Of a stretch of DNA of 45,717 bases, positions 1-10,761 are shown piece after piece. The DNA is from Octopus bimaculoides (taxonomy: Eukaryota): NCBI RefSeq assembly GCF_001194135.2, contig NC_068985.1:91800139-91845855 (forward strand), given 5' to 3'. The notes beneath the pieces were generated by a model that ran no database searches, had not been told where the DNA came from, and saw only the letters and a program-made list of their open reading frames with translations. The position numbers were made by a program, and so were the translations under genes. How positions within the stretch are numbered: position 1 is the stretch's first letter; the number at the start of each line of letters is the position of its first letter.

Positions 1-227
1 ATAATAAAAAAAATATTCAGCCAAATATATAACAAAAACACCAGGACTTACAAATATATATAACATACAGAAAATTGCACTACTGAGTACTGTACGCATT
101 CTACGCAAAACATTTTCAATACAGTAAACATAAGAGCACCACAGCAAACCACAGCACATACCCAAGGCGCACAGAGCTGCGCTCGGTAGTGAAGTGAAAG
201 TACGTTATAAAAATTAAACTACTGAAC

Positions 228-277
<50 letters not shown>

Positions 278-290
278 TAATAATAATAAT
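1..290 (+). mobile_element. 3' end of R4/Dong-type RLE non-LTR retrotransposon (family X): ORF C-terminus, 3' UTR and (AAT)n tail
   Basis: Frame 8-127 reads KKYSAKYITKTPGLTNIYNIQKIALLSTVRILRKTFSIQ*, matching the Q-K-x-x-L-L-G-T-x-x-I-L-R C-terminal motif of R4/Dong ORFs. UTR 128-227 recurs at 5054-5162(-) and 16697-16800(-). (AAT)n tail at 228-290. Confidence 0.8.
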
Positions 291-572
291 TGATTCAATA
301 CCAGGCAGTAGCTTTCATGGCTACTGACCTTAACTGATTGGAAGTGTTATCATATACATATATTGTATTGCTGTGAAAGATGGGCTATTGCAAATATTCT
401 GTTCAATACGTCAGATATACTTGTCAGTTGATTGACCTTAGCCAGTTGAGTATGTCCCTCAGTGGCTGACGATATGTACATGTCTAATCACGAACAGAAG
501 CAATGGTGGAACATCATAGCCCAAGCTGAGAGGAATTCTTTGTGGTTTGGATAATTCAGCTCCGGAAACATG
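291..572 (+). mobile_element. Fragment of interspersed repeat family Y (AAT-tailed, probable LINE 3' UTR or non-autonomous derivative)
   Basis: 395-572 aligns by eye with the reverse complement of 16455-16636 (e.g. cttgtcagttg.ttgacctta.ccagttgag.atgtccct.agt.gctgacgatatg). Confidence 0.75.
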
Positions 573-745
573 TGTGGAAAGTACATTCTGGGCACAGCAC
601 GGAAATGCTTGAAACATGAACCATAGTGTGTCACTAAAAGCAATGGATAGAAGAACTTCTGTGGATTTTACAATCCAGGGTGACTTTCTAATCGATGCTC
701 GGAGACCAGACATTGTTATGATGGATGAAAGAAAATTGGAAACCA
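570..745 (+). mobile_element. Decayed RLE endonuclease-domain fragment of an R4/Dong-type LINE
   Basis: MCGKYILGTARKCLKHEP* then, after a frameshift, VDFTIQGDFLIDARRPDIVMMDERK, matching the LCxKY..KWYxHxP..LWDFxIQxD..I.ARRPDIV signature. Confidence 0.8.
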
Positions 746-2071
746 ATTTTATGACAATGCGGTATTTAATGACTCTTATGTTTCGGTCGCAAATCTTATT
801 CAATGGAACATCTCAATTTAGTGCAGGGTAGTGTATTTTAACATTTGTTTACAATTTCAGAAATATAAAGACTGCCCAAGTGTTTGCAAAGCTACTTTCT
901 ACGAATTATAGCCTCAACCCAAATACATTGATTCCAGTATCCCTTCATATATGTAGCGTAGCGTTGCAGAAGGGAGAGATGGATAAGAAAATTGGCGTCA
1001 ATTCACTTACACCCATTGGCTATTAACTACACAACGGTGCCTCTCCTCCAACTGTGTCTCCTCATAACTTTCAAGAAAATGGCGTTTTTTAATGAATTGT
1101 TCTACTCATACGTTCCAAATAGTGTAGATTATGTTTATATCAGAAATTAATATGAAAAATATGGCGATGGAGATACTTGACGATTCTCAATTATCTCTCC
1201 GTCAAACATTTCGATTCATTCATTACAATTATGTTGAAAAATATAATTCTGGGAACTATTCCACTTAGAACAACTTAGAAATATATGCGATTAAATAATA
1301 TGAACAAAGACATTAAATAAATAAATATACAAGATCCCAATGTTCTAAACAGTTGCAATGATTGGTTTGTTAGTTATATATCGCATCCTACACAAAAGAT
1401 TCACAATTTTCTGGAACAAGTGAAGCAGTACTTTGCACACCATACATATTCTATAAACATTTATCAAATCATCATTCCAGACATGCGTACTCGATGTAAT
1501 TGCCACCAAATAATGTAACAAAGCACATCCTCTTTGCAATCAATAAACAATAAAAGAACCTAACGCATGATTAACATCCGGCACTTTCATATCAACAATA
1601 TACATTCTACAATGATGCTTCACCTTCATATAACGCAAGACATACAGGTCATATTCCATGCAATCCCTGCCAGCCAGAAAACATGTAACACTAATAACAC
1701 AGCACAAACGAAAAACATACAACACTCAAAATAATTACACAGATCAAGTTTCACATATTCAACAATTCAGACAAAACGCTATACAGCAGATTTTCATCGG
1801 CTTCTACGAGGAATATTTAGATCTTTGATCCACTGAATAGATGTTTTCGAATTTTCTCCGAAATCAGCGTGAGAAAGGGTGGCAATAGTTGGCGTTTAAG
1901 TTGTAAATAAAATCCATGAATGCACTTCCATGCAGAAGATGTGTTTCATGTTTGAGTATTTTACGTGATATGCCAAATATTGGGATCGAAACTGAGATAT
2001 TGTGCGTCTTAAGTATTCATCCACACCGTGACATGTCCCTCGACACTGCTATAAATAACACACTTCTGAAT

Positions 2072-2185
2072 GAGCGTGGCTTAAAGGTTAAAGTATTCGG
2101 TTCACTGTCATAAAGTTATAAGTTCAATTTCTAGCGGTACGTTGTGTCCTTAAACAAGACACATTATTTCCCGGTCCCCACGTCA
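2072..2185 (+). mobile_element. Degenerate tRNA-derived SINE head (family D)
   Basis: A-box-like cgtggcttaaaggtt, B-box-like aagttcaattt, followed by gttgtgtccttaaacaagacac. Confidence 0.5.
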
Positions 2186-2192
2186 GTAATAA

Positions 2193-2410
2193 GGCGGCGA
2201 GCTGGCAAAAACGCTAGCACGCTGGGCGAAATGCTTAGCGGTATTTCGTGTCTTTATGTTCTGAGTTCAAATTCCGCCGAGGCCGACTTTGGCTTTGACC
2301 CTTTCGGGGTCGATAAATTAAGTACCAGTTGCGTACTGGGGTCGAACTTATTCACTGGCCCACGTCCCAAACAATTTCGGGTCTTGTGCCTAGAGTAGAA
2401 AAGAATAATA
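2193..2410 (+). mobile_element. tRNA-derived SINE, family B, full length
   Basis: ggcggcgagctggca...gagttcaaattccgccgagg...taagtaccagt...cttgtgcctagagtagaaaagaat. About ten homologous copies in this window. Confidence 0.85.
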
Positions 2411-2610
2411 ATTCTTTCTACTGAAGGAAGGTAAAAGGCTTGATATTCTGGGCAGAGGGCGCTGGTTGATTATTTCATTATTTTATCGACCCCGAAAGGA
2501 TGAAAAGCGAAATCAATCTCAGCAGAGTTCGAACTCAGAACTTAAAGACGGACAAAATACAGCTAAGCATTTTGCTCGATGTGCTAACGATTCTGCCTGT
2601 TCGCCGCCTT
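2408..2610 (-). mobile_element. SINE family B, tail-to-tail with the 2193-2410 copy
   Basis: Reverse-complement match: ttatcgaccccgaaaggatgaaaag...gaactcagaac...gctaagcattt...gctaacgattctgcc...cgccgcc. Confidence 0.85.
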
Positions 2611-2613
2611 AAC

Positions 2614-2635
2614 GATGATGATGATGATGATGATG

Positions 2636-2703
<68 letters not shown>
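2614..2703. repeat. (GAT)n(AAT)n microsatellite, the expanded tail of the 2704-2923 SINE
   Basis: Direct reading. Confidence 0.95.
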
Positions 2704-2923
2704 CCTTTCTACTATAGACACAAAGCCTGAAATTTGGGAGGATGACGCCATTCAATTAGATCGATCCCAATACGCAACTGGTTACCGACGCCGAAAGGAT
2801 GCAAAACAAAGTCGACCTCGACGGAATTTGAACTCAGAACGTAGCATTTTCCAAATCGTATTGACGGGCGAAATACTGTTACGCATTTTCCCGACATGGT
2901 AACAACGCTGCCATCTCGCCGTC
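2704..2923 (-). mobile_element. SINE family B
   Basis: cctttctactatagacacaaagcctgaaattt...aaagtcgacctcgacggaatttgaactcagaacg...ctcgccgtc. Confidence 0.8.
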
Positions 2924-2949
2924 TTAACGTTGATGACGGCGATGTTGAT

Positions 2950-2950
2950 G

Positions 2951-3033
<83 letters not shown>

Positions 3034-3072
3034 AAGAAGAAGAAGAAGAAGAAGAAGAAGAAACAACAACAA
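2950..3072. repeat. Compound (AAT)n(AAG)n(AAC)n microsatellite
   Basis: Direct reading. Source of the poly-N/K/I/R pseudo-ORFs. Confidence 0.95.
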
Positions 3073-3189
3073 CATGTACACAGAATATACATTACTGTGG
3101 TTTCAAAGATAAGTGGCTACTCCTTGAGATTTACTCACCAAGGGTTCTCAAATCCCAAATACCAAACAGAAATAAAAAGAACACGAGAA

Positions 3190-3717
3190 AACTAAATAAG
3201 TAAACAATACACAAAAGAGGACTGATTTCTGAATCCATCTTGAAATCAATATCAAAACAAAACGGACGAAGGGGAAAAAAATCGTAGTCACAAATACTTG
3301 AGAAATATAAAGATGACAAAAAAAGGAAGTATCTGAAATCAAAGAATTTCTGAATGAAGAGATCCTTGCGAAATGGCAAAGTGGTCAGAGATATGAAAAG
3401 CGTGATCGATTCTTTGAACAAATCAAACAGTTTGATTCCAGCATGAAATGATTTTTATCAAGATTGTTTTTTTTTTTCTTTTAGAATATAGAGGAGTAAT
3501 CAATGTAGAAACACCAACGAAAGATGTTGAAGAATTGTGGGAAGGAATACGAACAGCAGGTGAATGGCTACGGACACGTTTCGTCAAAAAGAATGGACAC
3601 AAGAGCTGGGAAAACGTGAAAACCATAACAATACAAGAGAAAAAAAAGATACCACAACGAACAAAAGAATGGACAGAGAGATACAAAGGAGCGCAAGGAT
3701 TTCAAAATTATTTTTAG
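3190..3717 (+). mobile_element. Decayed internal (pre-RT) ORF fragment of an R4/Dong-type LINE
   Basis: EIKEFLNEEILAKWQSGQRYEKRDRFFEQIKQFDSSMK* followed by ETPTKDVEELWEGIRTAGEWLR. Resembles the RY.KR..F..QN..F and P....E.FW..IW...A.WL motifs that precede the RT in R4/Dong ORFs. Frameshifts and stops present. Confidence 0.6.
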
Positions 3718-4289
3718 AACAGTTAACAAGGATATATAGGTTATTTTATTGGTTATTGTGTGTGTGTGTACGTATGTATGTATGTGAGAGAGAGAGAGAG
3801 AGAGGGACAGATAAAAGAGAGAGGGAGAGGGTGGTCTTGGTTTCCCTCATTGGACTGCTGCCGAACGGAAGTGCTATTTTGTAAGGTTACTGAAATAAAT
3901 CAACTCCACTATTTGTTTGAATAATGCCGCTACTTGTTCTGTCGGTCTCTTGACGATCCGCTCTTACCGAATACAATCACTGCATGTTCTAACCAAAACA
4001 GGTTTTGCAAGAGAAGGGAAATCACATTTCACTGTAAGGATTCCCTATTCTTAGAAGCTGAAATCTCTAAAGTTTAAAGTATGTTCATCAAAGAATGTTT
4101 TGTCAATATGGCCAAACAAAAACAAAAAAAAAAAACAAGTGGAATTAATTTTATATATACATGTCGCTTATTTCCTTTCCACGACAAGATACGCAACTTT
4201 CGGTTTGTATATTTTAGGCCTCATATCTGTATTCGATAAGGAAATATTTAGGTTAATATTTACAGAAGGTAATATTTCTACATATGAAG

Positions 4290-4695
4290 GTAGCTATCTG
4301 GTAGAATCGTTAGATCGCGGAGCGAAATTCATTGCGGGATTTCATCGGCCTTACCGTTCTGAGCTTTAATTCGGCCGAGGACTTCTTGTGGTTGATTAAA
4401 TAAGTACCAGTCAAGTACTCAGGTCCATGTAATCGACTTATCTCATCCCTCAAAATTGCAGATCTTGGGATACAATTCGAAGCCAAGTTAGCTAGTTGAA
4501 TCGTCAGCACGCCGGGCAAAATGCTTAGTCGTATTTCGTTTGTCTTTCCTTTCTGAATTCAAATTCCGACAAGATCGAATTTGTCTTTTATCCTTTAAAG
4601 GTCGATAAAATAAGCATCAGTAGAGCAGAGGGGTCACTGTAATCTACTTAAATCCGCCTCTGAATTTGCTGGCCTTGTGCCAAAATTTGAATTCA
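4290..4695 (+). mobile_element. Two head-to-tail degenerate SINE B copies (~4290-4485 and ~4490-4695)
   Basis: gaatcgttag/gaatcgtcagcacgccgggcaaaatgcttag heads, taaataagtaccag/aaataagcatcag cores, gctggccttgtgccaaaatttgaa end. Confidence 0.7.
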
Positions 4696-4699
4696 CCTT

Positions 4700-4996
4700 C
4701 ATCATCATTATTATTATTATTTTGGCTTGTCACAGGTTTAGTGTTATTCCTGGTAGGGTTATGAGGATAGTGGATTCGTACCTGTAATCTTGAGTATCCA
4801 CAACTTTTCAGCTGTCTTTCCAGTGCTTTCGACCCTCCTGATAATCCTTGCTCGCCCTAAGACAAAACCTTTCTATTGGAATGCTATCGGGCATTCTGTT
4901 TCAATCTCTCTCAGCCATTTGTCTATATCTTGGCTTACTGATCCCAGCGCACCAATTATTATACGCACGGCAATTACTGTTCGTAAGGCTCATAAT

Positions 4997-4998
<2 letters not shown>
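4700..4998 (-). mobile_element. 5'-truncated R4/Dong-type LINE 3' end (second lineage)
   Basis: Minus frame VIAVRIIIGALGSVSQDIDKWLREIETECPIAFQ*KGFVLGRARIIRRVE matches the PIVIGALG...WL...LQK..LLGTARIIRRVL terminus. AAT/GAT tail at 4700-4721. Confidence 0.8.
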
Positions 4999-5055
<57 letters not shown>

Positions 5056-5162
5056 TTTCAGTAGTTTTATTTTTATAACGTGCTTTCACTTCACTACCGA
5101 GCGCAGCTCTGTGCGCCTTGGGTATGTGCTGTGATTTGCTGTGGTGCTCTTATGTTTACTGT
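4999..5162 (-). mobile_element. Family X 3' UTR (5054-5162) with (AAT)n tail (4999-5053)
   Basis: Near-identical to the reverse complement of 120-290. Confidence 0.85.
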
Positions 5163-5163
5163 A

Positions 5164-5773
5164 CTTCTCGCTTGTTATTTTTGGGTGGAATAAAACCGGT
5201 GTTATTTAATCTGTTTGTAATTTTTTTGTACATGGTGTTTTGGGGTTCGAAGATGGTCTGATTTTGACGGTCATCGTTTTCGTAGGGTACCGGTATGTTT
5301 ATTTATGTTGTCAGATTGTTTTGCACGTTCAGATCTTCGTACTTTTTTCGTAATAAGCTTACAGTACGTTCTTCTCGGTTGTTATTTTTGGGTGGAATAA
5401 AACCGGTGTTATTTAATCTGTTTGTAATTATTTAGTACATGGTGTTTTTGGGTTCGAAGATGTGTTTACGATCGCTGTGCGGGTAGTGGAAGTATCAAGT
5501 TAAAATACATTGTTACATTTGGAAAAATAGAGATAAATTTCAATGAGTATTACTTACTCGGATATAGTCCAACCCTTTGTCAGCTATTTTTTGTACATGG
5601 TGTTTGGGTTTGGAGATGGTCTGTATTTTGATGTAACACGTGTGTTTACGATCGCTGTTCGGGTAGTGGAGGTATCAAGTTAAAATACATCATTATATTT
5701 GGAAAAATAGAAATAAATTTCAATGAGTATTACTTACTCGGGTATAGTCCAACCCTTTGTCAGCTATTTTTTG
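5164..5773. repeat. Overlapping tandem duplications (periods 207 and 180 bp)
   Basis: 5164-5255 recurs at 5371-5462. 5461-5593 recurs at 5641-5773. 5224-5267 recurs at ~5589-5630. Confidence 0.9.
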
Positions 5774-5843
5774 GCTCCATGCTATGTCTTTATTTCCGAT
5801 GTTTTTGGATAAGTTTCGGAGCAGTTATTTATCGTACTCACAT

Positions 5844-5943
5844 GTTAAACTTCCCCGGTGTCTTCTCTGTTAAACTTCCCCGGTGTCTTCTCTGTTAAAC
5901 TTCCCCGGTGTCTTCTCTGTTAAACTTCCCCGGTGTCTTCTCT
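5844..5943. repeat. Perfect 4 x 25-bp minisatellite (GTTAAACTTCCCCGGTGTCTTCTCT)
   Basis: Four identical units with no spacers. Confidence 0.97.
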
Positions 5944-5957
5944 TATTATTATTATTA

Positions 5958-6029
<72 letters not shown>

Positions 6030-6385
6030 CCTTTGCACCGCTTCTAACGTTGCAGATGTACTACAGTGTCAGCTGTTCACTACCAGTGAACTAAGGTAAC
6101 ACCCCTTATGTGTTCGATATTTTCTCAAGATTTTTACTCAGTTTCCGACAATTATTGGTAAAACTACCACCTTTTTCATCGACCACAACAGCTTAACCTC
6201 TCAAGCTAACCTGTCATATCAATCGACTTTGCTTTCTTCCTTACCGCATACCTTATTATCAGCTGGGCATGCTATATCTATGATCCAGCATCATCTGCTT
6301 TCTTTCTCAATTAAGACTATGTCTGGTTTCCTATTCTCTATCTCGTGGTCGCACTGAATCCTAAAATCTTATAATTAAGTTTTCA
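5944..6385 (-). mobile_element. 5'-truncated R4/Dong-type LINE (third lineage): RLE domain, 3' end and (AAT)n tail (5944-6028)
   Basis: Minus frame DFRIQCDHEIENRKPDIVLIEKESR*CWIIDIACPADNKVCGKEESKVD*YDRLA*EVKLLWSMKKVVVLPIIVG, a PD-(D/E)xK RLE signature with in-frame stops. Confidence 0.9.
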
Positions 6386-6986
6386 TTTTTTTGTGCATGG
6401 CGGATCTGGATCGATCATGAACAACTTAGATCAATATTATCCATTCATTGTTGTCTTTATAATAGCAACGCCTATATCGTTTGTTTTCTTTTGTTTTGAA
6501 AGAGACAGTAATAACATAACTACATGAGAAGCAATTGAGGTCTCTAATCGTGGAATCAAGGTAGGTTTGTTCTGAGATGTTTCGTTTCTTGACGAGGTTT
6601 CAATGAGGAGTGTTTCAGAAATTTACTGGGTGATATCAGCTGCGTAAGAATGGATGTTGTTGTGAAAAGTAGATCATTGACATATATAAAAATGAGTTTT
6701 GCGGGGAAAGAAACAAAACGAATTAATCTTGGAGTGACTGTTCATGATGAATTGATGATAGGAAAAATTGCTGAATTTCTTTGCATCTTTAAAGAAAAAT
6801 GGATTATTTACCTCAAGATAGATTTAAGCTGAAATTTAATTCTGTTGGAGTAACATAACATCGCTTTTCATCACCATATATTTGATAAAATATTGTAGAG
6901 ATTTCACTGGCTGTACCACACCTTTTGTCTATCTGTGGCTCGGTGCCAATGCGATAAACAGTCATTGTGATTGACCTGCTACTTAC

Positions 6987-7095
6987 CTTCCGTAGTTTAA
7001 GATTTCTTCCATATCAAATCGAGAGGAAAGTAGCATAGAAAGTATTATCTTCCAGTGTGGAATATTTATTTCCGAAAATAATAGTTTTCATTTCG
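6987..7095 (-). other. Candidate spliced exon (unassigned gene)
   Basis: Acceptor aattttgtattgcag| and perfect donor AAG|gtaagt. Only the 3' part is open: MLLSSRFDMEEILNYG. No homology recognised. Confidence 0.25.
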
Positions 7096-8334
7096 CTGCA
7101 ATACAAAATTTTTGCTCAATCACACATTTTATTATATTCTGGTTAGAGGTCTTAGTGACCTAATACTTATATTATCGCTAGCGCCGCTTGTTTCGCAGCA
7201 ATATCAATTTCATCGAACGGTTTAGTTAAGTTAAACTTAGGTGTAATCTAATATTAAATCTGGCTTCCTTCCAGTAGTTTTATCAACATCTATACCGACA
7301 TTCTTAGCTGAGTTGTTAAGTATAGAAATATGCAGTGTATATCTGTTCAATGCTTTCTCTAGCTATCATCTTTATGAATGTATACATAATATAGCAAAAT
7401 TTCTATCAGATCATATTGTAGAGCTGTTCCATAAAGCTGTTCAACTTCTTTGTATAAACTAATCACTTTCCTTTGTCTAAAGTAATCACTTTTCTGCATA
7501 GACACCATAACTACACGTTAAAAAACGTACTTCTGATATCAGAGAACAATACGGAATTATTAAATATTGGCAGTGCTGATTGCTGAACCATGAATTTTGA
7601 CGAAGATATCCGACAATGTCCGAATTGCTGAGACATCAACAGTTCGTTACTTTCTAACTGCAACTCAAAAGCGGGTGAGCCAGTAATGGTGTCATAACAG
7701 ATTCGGTTGCTCGGATTTTTAATCAAAACAGTTGAATCTCAATTACATCACACCCTATCAAATCAACTAAGGTACAATATATTATATACCGTAATTCGAC
7801 ATAGCCCCGAAAAGGACTGAATTTGATCAGAGAGTTGCGTAATGCTAGTATTAAACATTAAGTAATCGTGAATGATTCAAATCACTTTTTACAAATCTAT
7901 TCTACAGTAATTGTCGTCTATTGCAGTTAATAATGTCAGATCGATATACTTAGAAGGTAGTTCAGTACGTTATAATATATTAGTCTAACCTTGCAGATGA
8001 ATAACCTCATATAGATTGGTATCCTGTCCAAGGAGAGGTGTGGATTTCAATAACTTCAAGTCAGAGAATTGAATATAGTTGAGTTTTTGGCTCTACATCG
8101 TATATCTTCCATTCCATTATTCTTAAATAAGTTATCATTAACATATTTTCTGCTTACATATTTCGGTAGAGATAACTTCTTTTCAGAGCTTCGTCAAGGA
8201 ATCTCAGGAAACGGAAAATGGATATGTCACTATAAGATACCTAAAGACTCTGATTAAAACGTATTTTAATAAAGGGCAAATGAATACGATCCTGAATCAG
8301 GTGCTCATGTTTCTTGATGTTGATTTAGACCTTA

Positions 8335-8698
8335 TATTTCGCCGGAATCGACTTAGCTTATTATCATTTGGTCGTCGAAAAAAATAGGTTCAGCAGAGTA
8401 TTGGGGTTCGCGAAACCAACTAGCCCCTACTCAGAAATCGCTGGCCTTGTGCCAAACTTCGAAAGAAATATTTACGCTTTATAAAGCAGCGAACTGGCAG
8501 AATCTTTGACACGCCGAACAAAATGTTTAGTTGCATTTCATCCGTCTTTATATTCTTAGTTGAAATGCTACCTAAGTTGACTTTGCCTTTTATCCTTTCG
8601 GAGTCGATAAAATAAGTACCTGTTGATTACAGGGGTTCGATGTAATCTACTTAACTCTTTGCCCCGAATTGCTGGCTCTATATCAAAATTTCCAAACC
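8335..8698 (+). mobile_element. Two head-to-tail SINE B copies (3' part ~8335-8470; full ~8483-8698)
   Basis: gcagcgaactggcagaatc head, gactttgccttttatcctttcggagtcgataaaataagtacc core, gctggccttgtgccaaac end. Confidence 0.75.
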
Positions 8699-10045
8699 CA
8701 TATGTATTCTCTATATTTGTCACAGCTATGTGAATAGAATCAATTTGCTTTGCGGAATATGACTGAAGTCGATATGAAATTTCTATGCCAGTCACAAAAA
8801 TTCATAGCTATGTTTTCATTCATAGTATATTTTTTTGGGGTTTGTCGTTTTATTTAGTAAACAATATGTCATATTTTTTTTCAAACAGAAGGAATAACGA
8901 GAATGTTCTGGTGTAGCTTCAATTTTGTTTGGCCCCGGCGGAAGGAATTATGCTTACATTACCTAAAAAAAAATAAAGAAATTAAAATTACTTGTATCTC
9001 AAGAGAATAAGAGAAGAAATATAACTATATCGAAGTTTTTTCTATCTATTTGATAAAGTTATTTATTTAAAATTTCGTCTATGTACAAAATATATAAACT
9101 AATTTAGTCTGTTCACCTGTCGTACGTATATGTTCGGCTGTCGAACTAAAAGAAATTGATCTTATCTGAGTTTATGTTTCGAAAATACATTCGGGAATAA
9201 ATACATACGAATATTTCTTTCAAATGTTAAGTAGACCTTTTTTTAATAAACATACAATTGTTGTATTGTTGTGAAAAATAATAAAGAAAAGCTGGGATCA
9301 CATCGCAGGTTCAATCTCTGCATTAATAAATATTTATTCATCTTTAAATTAGTTGATTATAGCGTTTATTGGCAAATTTAGTCTGGCTTTTATTGTGGTT
9401 GTCATATCTATAACCATACGGTTTAATTACGCGTCTCTATTATTTTATCAATCCTAGCATAATCCTCAAATAATTGATTGTTTAATTTATTCATAATTAT
9501 TAAGTGGAATAATTAAGTTTTAATCCTCCGAATTACAGATAAGGAATAAGAGCATAAGATCATAAATTATAAGTAGGAAATATATTGGGGGAAAAAAAGT
9601 GATTCTACCAAGAACCACAAGTAAGTTGAGCTGTCTAATCTGTAACGATTATACGGATTCTCTGATGTAACCGTTTATATTCATAGAAACAGAAACCGAC
9701 TTAATATACCATTCGTACTCACGTCCTTATTCCAGACGAATTTAAATGATAACACAGAAGTCAGGAAGGTACATTTTGTACACACTAGAACGCTTCATTG
9801 AAAGTTTCACCATTGACATTTAAAAAAAAAGGCAAAAATATAACACCAAACACCAGCACAATTCTAAGGTGTACGATACGATTATTAATGTAAATATAAA
9901 TATAGATATTGTTAGATAAATAATGTTCGTAAACAGTTTAACATGGCAGTCCGTTCGATTGAACTTTACTGCGATTTTTTAACTCCAAGAGGACATCTCC
10001 TCTAGTTGGTTAACGATGCACAGCTGCATCTGATATATTGCAAGC

Positions 10046-10046
<1 letters not shown>

Positions 10047-10089
<43 letters not shown>

Positions 10090-10107
10090 AAGGGTATTCA
10101 GATACAA

Positions 10108-10146
<39 letters not shown>

Positions 10147-10224
10147 TACACACATATATATAAATATATAAATATATATATNNNNNNNNNNNNNNNNNNN
10201 NNNNNNNNNNNNNNNNNNNNNNNN
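10047..10224. repeat. (TAGA)n/(CA)n/(TA)n microsatellite running into assembly gap 10182-10224
   Basis: Direct reading. Confidence 0.95.
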
Positions 10225-10366
10225 TTTGAGAAAGTACTTGAATTTCACAAAACATATGTCACTGACAAATACCAACACTGATATCATTTATGAACAGAAG
10301 GAAGTTATTACTCTTTCATGGTAATTCCTACAGGGTCAGTGGCTTGGGAATAGTACACAATAAAAC

Positions 10367-10761
10367 GGATCTAAAAATAGAAGTATCATCATTTCTAAAT
10401 CTCTCAAAGAGAGATATTCAGTAACAGTTCTTTAAAGTAAAGGCTATTTACCAGCATAATGTGGCTGTCCTAGAAGGGACAATGATACTGTTGTTTAGCC
10501 CCTGGAAACATCGTTTGTAGCTGGCTATACGACACAATATCTGTGTCCTTATATTTTCGAACAGGGAGTCCAGCACTCCCATCCAGCGCAGAACAAAATC
10601 TGTACACTAGTTTCTGAATTATTGCTCTTTATCAACACAGTCACCTTGTCTCTTCCAGGACAACCAAATTATATTGGCAAATAACCTTTACTTTAAAGAA
10701 CTGATACTGAATATCTCTCGATGAGAGATTTAGAAATAATAATATTTCTATTTTAAGATCA
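10367..10761. mobile_element. Foldback/MITE-like element with ~120-130-bp terminal inverted repeats
   Basis: Left arm gatctaaaaatagaagtatcatcatttctaaatctctcaaagagagatattcagtaacagttctttaaagtaaaggctatttaccagcataatgtggctgtcctagaagggacaa matches the reverse complement of ~10645-10760 with scattered mismatches. No ORF. TSD not resolved. Confidence 0.85.

Noticed and set aside
861-1027. Terminal exon after tttgtttacaatttcag|
   Set aside because: An open 55-codon frame, but with no partner exon or recognisable motif, and adjacent to TE debris.
5844-5943. CRISPR-like array
   Set aside because: The units are contiguous with no spacers, there are no cas genes and the context is eukaryotic.
9295-9325. 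Isolated B-box-like motifs (also ~21685 and ~27230)
   Set aside because: No matching A box or SINE body can be traced with confidence.
9723-9784. Minus exon ending in GAC|gtgagt
   Set aside because: The acceptor lacks a proximal pyrimidine tract and the 20-aa peptide is uninformative.
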